Shown: positions 59,901 through 64,000 of the stretch, one piece after another
Layout of the letters: every line of letters begins with the position of its first letter
Numbering within the stretch: position 1 is the first letter of the stretch
From: Methanobacteriota archaeon
GTDB lineage: Archaea > Thermoplasmatota > Thermoplasmata > SG8-5 > JAGLSY01
Direction of reading: 5' to 3'
NCBI GenBank assembly: GCA_020697715.1
Contig: JAEHCO010000001.1
Span: 448,001-512,000, forward strand
DNA: 64,000 nucleotides
Translations under genes and position numbers: made by a program
The notes under the pieces: generated by a model
The model's database searches: none
Told to the model about the DNA's origin: nothing
The model's input: the letters and a program-made list of their open reading frames with translations, nothing else

Positions 59901-61942
59901 CCAATGGCACCGAAAAATGGAGATACAATATCGGCAGTGATGTCACCTCTCCAGCTATTGGAGATGATGGAACCATATATGTCGGATCATCAAATGGCGA
60001 TCTATACGCTTTCGGAGAGGGAGCTGCACCTCAGATAATCAATGTTCAAGCCATGCCAGATCCTCAAGAATCTGGAGGCAGTGTGAGTATCCAGGCAGAT
60101 GTTACTGACAACTATGAGATGGGCGATGTCTGGATCAATATAACATATCCTGATTCATCATCTATCAATAGGACAATGTCTGCTGGAACATCCCCGGCCT
60201 TTTCCTACACTTCCAATTATATTGTTCCTGGAACATATGATTACACCATCGGATCTACGGATCATTTCTGCAATCTTGGCCTGAGTACTGGACATACCTT
60301 CGTGATTCAAGATACCACACCACCTGAATTTGAAGATGTAATGTCCATCCCTGAACTACAGGTCGCGGGCAATAGCATCAATGTGTCTGTGAATGTAACT
60401 GATATACATGCAGTTGGTGGAGCCTGGATCAATATCACTTATCCAGATGGAACATATGTGAATCAGACAATGACAATGGGAGACACTCCCGGATATTACC
60501 ACCACCCAGATACCAACTACACACTTGCTGGCACATATGCTTATTCTATATATGCGGAAGATGCCTCAGGTAATGGAAATATAAGTGATAATCACACTTT
60601 TTTCATATCCTCTGGAGAATGTGCATATATCGTGATGGGGGCCGCGACATCATCCGTGATAGCTGGCACATCATTTATTGTCAATGTAACGGCATTTGAT
60701 GAGTTTGACAATGTGGTCCTCGATTACAATGGCACCTTGGCCTTCACTAGCACGGACACACTCGCGGATCTTCCGACAGACTACATCTTTAACTCGACCG
60801 ATAATGGAACCGCAAGTTTCTCAGTGACCCTATACACAGCAGGTAGTGCGGACCTAACCGTTCTAAGTGGCACATACACAGATATGGCCACCTTCGATAT
60901 TGCTCCAGCAGGTCTGGCAACCCTCGTCATAACACCAGCGGTCTTTGTGATGTACGAGGCAAGTGGCCCGGCTGAGATCTACTCGGCCGCGGGTTATGAC
61001 CTCTACAATAATATTGTGTCATTCACACCCCAGTGGTCTGTTTCAACCGATGATATAGGTTCGATAGTGTCAAGCACCGGTGTCTTTGTACCTTCAAATA
61101 TAGTCAGCACAGGATATGTCATATGTACGGATCCGGTCTCTGGAGTTCAGGCCACAACGTCCGTATCTATCGTGGATTCCGTATCTCCAGTGATAGTCGG
61201 AATAGCAGATATCGAATTGTTCAATTGGGAGACAGCCAATCTTTCCGCATACCAATGCTATGATAATGTCTCAACTCTGCTGACATATATCTGGGAAATT
61301 GATGTGATCGGAAATCTAACAGATATGAATATCACTGCGATCATGGATGTTCCAGGCATCTATAATGTGACATTGTGGGTGATGGATGGATCAGAAAACT
61401 ATGCTAAGCGCTCATTCAATATAACTATCCTGATGGACACGGATGAAGATTCAATAGCAGACACCGAAGATGATGACATTGACGGTGACGGTTTGTCAAA
61501 TGTCTGGGAAACCGATAATGGTCTGGATCCATACAATGCGGCTGACGCATCTTCAGATCCAGATAGCGATGGCCTGACCAATATCCAGGAGTTTGACCTA
61601 GGAACCGATCCAGCTAATGCAGATACTGATGGTGATGGCTACTCTGATGGAGATGAAATTGCAAATGGTAAAGATCCATTGGACCCACATGATCATGATC
61701 CACCATACATGTTGTACGGTCTGCTGATTGTGATACTTATCATCATAGCGATAATTTCCGCGATATACATCCCGAAAAAATTAAAGGCCAAGGCAGCTGC
61801 GAAGGAGACGGAGATCGTTAACAGGACGGAGGAGAAGGATCTATTGGAGACTGTTCCGAAGGAGCCAGTAGCTCCTCCGATGGATGATGTTCCTGAGATC
61901 GCCGAGACAGCGAGGCCGGATGACTGGAAACCTCCTGAATAG
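53969..61942 (+). CDS. Giant cell-surface glycoprotein: NosD/CASH beta-helices, 3 LamG domains, PQQ-like beta-propeller, Ig/PKD domains, TSP3-like Ca-binding repeats, C-terminal TM
   Basis: Signal peptide; TIQAAID, GIYL..NNTI repeats, GNYWSD; 3x IDE(V/A)RI; SSP.IG.DGTIY repeats; DxDGDG repeats; hydrophobic anchor. Confidence 0.92.
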   Translation: MGSGSETIMPSNAKKGISIILVFLLVMSTFAGLLPLVSNNVSAITLVVDPSTGFDYDTIQAAIDVANNGDIIFVKSNGDTPYDEILTVDKSVTIIGENPLNTTVAGDGSDAVITIQAGINNVNISGLRICHYGTHGGNGGISIFQAENVTIENCIINNTNSGIYPYQSSWVTIENNTISDCDYGLYCLESDYLAISRNDISDNGEGIYLSLASHTVVNYNIIDNNPDGIILADLTDTLFQLNQISNSTTGLDLQSGVFQVSSTSFHHNNFFDNTNDVLNAFNSDTTWSDGFEGNFWDSYAGTDMNGDAVGETSHPLGATNGAYGDQHSLVTPATTRVRNTETGEEFLYIQEAVDDDDTLTGHTILVTNWSVEQYPNWTHHENVDVHKGVNIIGEDRDTTIVDGYGAGSVLKLTADGVDVSQLTVQNAGSATDEDAGILINADLCSVRNVTSVFNAVNGIAISYSNYSTIGYNIISKNMKNGILLEYSENCTVIANQVLDNVLTGIYSHDCSNNIITGNQIEDVDMWSEPVQDGLVAEWRMDEIFWNGTTGEVIDSSGNGHDGTSLNGTNTTSLGKYGRAGEFDGVNNSIFVPYDPAFNVTEFTLEAWIKLDKIGINQEIISRSADGDPECSNYWLTITPGNNVQLFYEYGTGSDCKLTSITTLEVDRWYHVVATQSNKLSRIYIDGHFDNEKLQLSDPEPTADRDIYIGRRNPPSLNMLNGSIDEVRIYNRALGQSEAKLNYGISGSQAGLLISEDDNTIIDNNIISSNIGSGIISRGCDGLLIKNNTITENINLDSGELPIDDGLVAHYKMDEDFSNIVNYNPDTIKDSSGYGNHAINVDVDTTIGIYNGAGNFDGFGDYLIAPDSSILDLIDNFTVSAWINVDTFTWLGGIVGKYQNSGADGFTFRLSPTAPYNTISFCGFEGSVTLSTDTWYYVTGVVENGVSSIYINGIKDSSGPAGDLQANDNDVSIGADYLSTPRYFDGRIDEVRIYNRVLDEAELLFNSNWIAAGLAVSDNQGCIIDGNNISSNNGDGIRSIDNSNCYITNNTVDDNGENGIYLETCDNITIAGNSASYNGIDGIYMYDHNEYCNIIDNTLNHNGYDNPFEVGRGIWLSSYCNYNTITGNTADHNEMEGIFLYNNCDHNTISYNTFDHTTAHHGVYLYTYSNYNLITNNSARSNNKDGIVVETGSDHNTIVGNTVAKNGHVGVNMISSNYNQIYHNNIMNNNIQAADDTGNNIWNLPYPDGGNYWSDWNTPDMDMNGFVDMPYDVGSIPIGSVYYEYFSDAIGPEWSVYSSTTDGVNEINPAPIMANDGPAWSQSSSSGTMNLNELILHVDVESFGSLQVEFTCYVGEVPYPMPDSFTDHSNSDGIAVSNDGVNWYKAWSPTTAGFYDSKTAFLGAIPGFSPDGDVYIKFQRYGSSNFPNGKEWDTISLTSDNSISKLIEDKYPFANMNGWSEMANWKLNQVGGQDVPDSSVSGNDGTLGADDAVASDDPVWLIGISGTALKFDGVNDLVNVPNTISPPYEITLEAWVNPAVNNVSLPDQMIICKEDVSTNSKAWSLSLNGTAALGVNTTVGESIVRSTTLLDINTWYHIIGTYDGSKLSIYVNGILENSIPHSGDLNTDILETSIGHLPGASGMDSYFSGTIDEARILNKALTCSEVGTRYDSFVGMMESSWPMFQHDVEHTGLSPVNTSHIDGTVLWSYSTGGDVYSSPSIAVDGTIYFGSYDDKIYALDPDGTMKWDFDTGFDVHSTPVIGVEGSLYFGAGDTFYGVLSDGVEKWNYPAGGTIWTSPALGKDGTLYFGTDSSDLIALLPDGVEKWTYPASGTIRSSPTIDEDGNIYFGAGTTLTSLDPDGALNWAYSAGNTVSGSPTIDEDGRILFGSWNNNLYCLNPNGTLHWSYTAGAQIDKSPAIGPDGDIYFGSRDNNLTCLYPNGTFNWNFMTGNWVYSSPAIGSDGTIYIGSNDDHIYALNPNGTEKWRYNIGSDVTSPAIGDDGTIYVGSSNGDLYAFGEGAAPQIINVQAMPDPQESGGSVSIQADVTDNYEMGDVWINITYPDSSSINRTMSAGTSPAFSYTSNYIVPGTYDYTIGSTDHFCNLGLSTGHTFVIQDTTPPEFEDVMSIPELQVAGNSINVSVNVTDIHAVGGAWINITYPDGTYVNQTMTMGDTPGYYHHPDTNYTLAGTYAYSIYAEDASGNGNISDNHTFFISSGECAYIVMGAATSSVIAGTSFIVNVTAFDEFDNVVLDYNGTLAFTSTDTLADLPTDYIFNSTDNGTASFSVTLYTAGSADLTVLSGTYTDMATFDIAPAGLATLVITPAVFVMYEASGPAEIYSAAGYDLYNNIVSFTPQWSVSTDDIGSIVSSTGVFVPSNIVSTGYVICTDPVSGVQATTSVSIVDSVSPVIVGIADIELFNWETANLSAYQCYDNVSTLLTYIWEIDVIGNLTDMNITAIMDVPGIYNVTLWVMDGSENYAKRSFNITILMDTDEDSIADTEDDDIDGDGLSNVWETDNGLDPYNAADASSDPDSDGLTNIQEFDLGTDPANADTDGDGYSDGDEIANGKDPLDPHDHDPPYMLYGLLIVILIIIAIISAIYIPKKLKAKAAAKETEIVNRTEEKDLLETVPKEPVAPPMDDVPEIAETARPDDWKPPE

Positions 61943-61957
61943 ATAGGAAACATCAAT

Positions 61958-62332
61958 ATGAGATCCCCCTGTATAGAACATGGCTGTATCCAGTGTTGCC
62001 TGGATACCGAGATGCCCCTCTCCGAAATGGACATAAAACGCATCATGGCAATGGGCAATGCGTATGATGATTTTGTAATCGAAATAGATGGCTGGCTGCA
62101 ATTGAGGAACATCGATGGTAGATGCGTTTTCCATGATGGCCGGCTTTGCACCATATACGAGGTTCGGCCAGAAGGGTGTCGAAGCTATCCCCTTCTGTAC
62201 GACGATGATACCGGCGCGGTGCTGGATGACGAATGCCCGCACAATGACAAGATGGAGCCAACAAGCCATGATAAGGACATCGTCATGGCCCTCGTGAGGA
62301 AACTGAAGGATGAGAGAAAACATAGAAGATGA
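61958..62332 (+). CDS. YkgJ-family Zn/Fe-S cysteine-cluster protein
   Basis: C...CIQCC, CVF...CTIYEVRPEGCRSYP. Confidence 0.9.
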   Translation: MRSPCIEHGCIQCCLDTEMPLSEMDIKRIMAMGNAYDDFVIEIDGWLQLRNIDGRCVFHDGRLCTIYEVRPEGCRSYPLLYDDDTGAVLDDECPHNDKMEPTSHDKDIVMALVRKLKDERKHRR

Positions 62333-62384
62333 AAGGAAAAATTGATAATGGCTCGGGGCCATACCGAGTCATTAGTAAAACAAG

Positions 62385-63176
62385 GTGATAAGATTGAACA
62401 AGAAAGAAGAGATAATCAGGAAGAATAGAGAGGCCCTCAAGGCCTTGGACTGGGAACTACTGGATGGCGATGATGCTGATTTCGAATCAGATCAGGGGAA
62501 AGGCATCGCTCCTCCACCTCTTCAGAAGCCCTATCCGGATAATACAGAGTTGATAGATCTGGTACATCCTCCGTTCAAGAGCATTGCCCAGACGCCTATC
62601 GCTAAAGTGATCGACGACAGGAGAAGTCGTCGCTCTTTCACAAACACACCTCTCACATTGGAAGAATTATCTTTCCTTCTCTGGGCCACACAGGGTGTGC
62701 GGGAAGTGGATGGTAGCAAGGTTTGGACAAAAAGAACGGTCCCTTCGGGAGGTGCGCGCCAACCCTTTGAAACATATTTGGCTGTCAACTGGGTGGATGA
62801 TCTCGAGCCTGGAATTTACAGATACATCCCTATTGAACATAAGCTTCTGAAGGTCAAGGATGAAATACCTGACCAGCAGCAGAAGGTGAAGGAAGCGTCC
62901 TATGGTCAGACCTTTGTAGGAAAATGCGCGGCCACTTTCATCTGGGCCGCGGTACCTTATCGAGCCGAATGGAGATACAGCATCGTGGCTCACAAGGACA
63001 TCGCTATCGAGGCGGGTCATGTATGTCAAAATCTCTATCTGGCTTGTGAGGCCATAGGTGCGGGTGCATGTGGGATCGCGGCCTATGATCAAAAACTGAT
63101 GGATGGGATAATCGGTGTGGATGGCGAGGATGAGTTCACAGTATATCTTTCACCAGCTGGAAAGATAGATAAATAA
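62385..63176 (+). CDS. SagB/ThcOx-type nitroreductase-family dehydrogenase
   Basis: RRSRRSF, LSFLLWATQG, RTVPSGGA, EAGHVCQNLYL. Confidence 0.92.
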   Translation: MIRLNKKEEIIRKNREALKALDWELLDGDDADFESDQGKGIAPPPLQKPYPDNTELIDLVHPPFKSIAQTPIAKVIDDRRSRRSFTNTPLTLEELSFLLWATQGVREVDGSKVWTKRTVPSGGARQPFETYLAVNWVDDLEPGIYRYIPIEHKLLKVKDEIPDQQQKVKEASYGQTFVGKCAATFIWAAVPYRAEWRYSIVAHKDIAIEAGHVCQNLYLACEAIGAGACGIAAYDQKLMDGIIGVDGEDEFTVYLSPAGKIDK

Positions 63177-63209
63177 TATAAAAATAAAAAAAATTATGAT
63201 GCTGGCTGA

Positions 63210-63851
63210 TCAAACATCCAGTATCTTGACCGCTCCCTTAAGAGAGAGTATTCTGGCGAACTTTTCAGGAAGGGTGACCACGTCTTCTTTTTTCAGGTCG
63301 TAGGTCTGGTCCACATCCACAAATGGAGGTATCTCTTCCAATACTCTGACCAGGCAGGTGATGGATTCCTTTTTCACTTCCTCATCTTCAGGGAAGCCGC
63401 CCTTGGCAGCCACCGGCTCCGGTACTGGCTCCGCCGGAGTAGGCTCACTGATGATCGATGTCTGCACTTCCACTGGCTCATCGATCGGGCAATCCCTGAA
63501 CCTTTTCAAAGTGGAGATCAATTCATTGTACATCTTCACTTCATTCGAGTTCATATTTTGGGGTGGCTGGCTGCCCACGACACCATTGAGTGCGGCGATG
63601 GCGATCTTCCTCTCTCTAAGATCATATATTTGACACAATCTCTTGTTAATCTTCTTTATATTATCTTGATGTATCAATGCGTCGGTACTGGATGGGTTCC
63701 TTGACTTCTCTTTGTATTGATCCTTGAGGAGCTCCAAATGCTCCTCCGCCAGCTCGTAAAACAAATGGGGCAATTTCGTCAATGTCTTGCTCCTCTTCTC
63801 GCTCCGGTGGACCTCGGATATTTCTTTGAACCCGATATCTGAATCACTCAT
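63210..63851 (-). CDS. GINS complex subunit (GINS15 type)
   Basis: LTKLP..FY, IYDLRERKI, E..MY; B domain VRVLEEIPPFVDVD...LKKEDVVTLP...G. Confidence 0.85.
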   Translation of the reverse strand: MSDSDIGFKEISEVHRSEKRSKTLTKLPHLFYELAEEHLELLKDQYKEKSRNPSSTDALIHQDNIKKINKRLCQIYDLRERKIAIAALNGVVGSQPPQNMNSNEVKMYNELISTLKRFRDCPIDEPVEVQTSIISEPTPAEPVPEPVAAKGGFPEDEEVKKESITCLVRVLEEIPPFVDVDQTYDLKKEDVVTLPEKFARILSLKGAVKILDV

Positions 63852-63917
63852 CCGAAGGCGATATATTTTGTTATATTTGAAATAGTCGCTTATTTTACAC
63901 TCAGATTTTATATCCCC

Positions 63918-64000
63918 CTATCCAGACCAGCAAGATATGTGAGCAAGTTCCGTATCCTCGCCTTCACCCAACATCTGCATCCTGACAAGCGCCCCATTCA
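63918..64000 (-). CDS. Probable 3' end of a gene continuing beyond the window
   Basis: Open minus-strand frame NGALVRMQMLGEGEDTELAHISCWSG-stop; product not identifiable. Confidence 0.3.
   Translation of the reverse strand, partial: NGALVRMQMLGEGEDTELAHISCWSG

Noticed and set aside
62385-63176. RiPP (azole) biosynthetic cluster from SagB-like plus TldDE
   Set aside because: No YcaO or precursor peptide; the genes are over 30 kb apart and commonly standalone in archaea

Overview
Archaeal chromosomal segment. DNA polymerase D large subunit, GINS, NOB1, archaeal-type TrpRS, NadX and RAD55/KaiC ATPases make the archaeal origin clear; the gene repertoire suggests an uncultured Thermoplasmata-type lineage (inference). 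Most genes are housekeeping or envelope genes: nadA, wecB, trpS, trxAB, thiD, tldDE, cobO, pyrDK, polC, queDCE, nadX, tRNA-Phe, a clostripain, a peptide-binding protein and a 2657-aa surface protein. Two things stand out. (1) A ~97-bp non-coding element occurs twice (26586-26681, 35446-35544). The differences between the copies are compensatory for an H-type pseudoknot plus a pyrimidine-motif triple helix. One copy sits right behind the tldE/pmbA stop codon and is followed by a 73-bp second copy of that gene's 3' end that differs only at synonymous positions. (2) A tightly coupled 8-gene KaiC-centred signalling operon (11755-19606): CheF-like PH-wHTH, V4R-wHTH, KaiC, Roadblock, a Zn-finger/coiled-coil/Lys-rich/2xwHTH scaffold, two V4R-like paralogues and a GNAT. 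It is preceded by a deacetylase and a TumE/TumA-like pair and is echoed by a second KaiC module at 38493-41042. No CRISPR array, rRNA, transposase, integrase or reverse transcriptase was seen. All domain calls come from reading motifs by eye; no searches were run.
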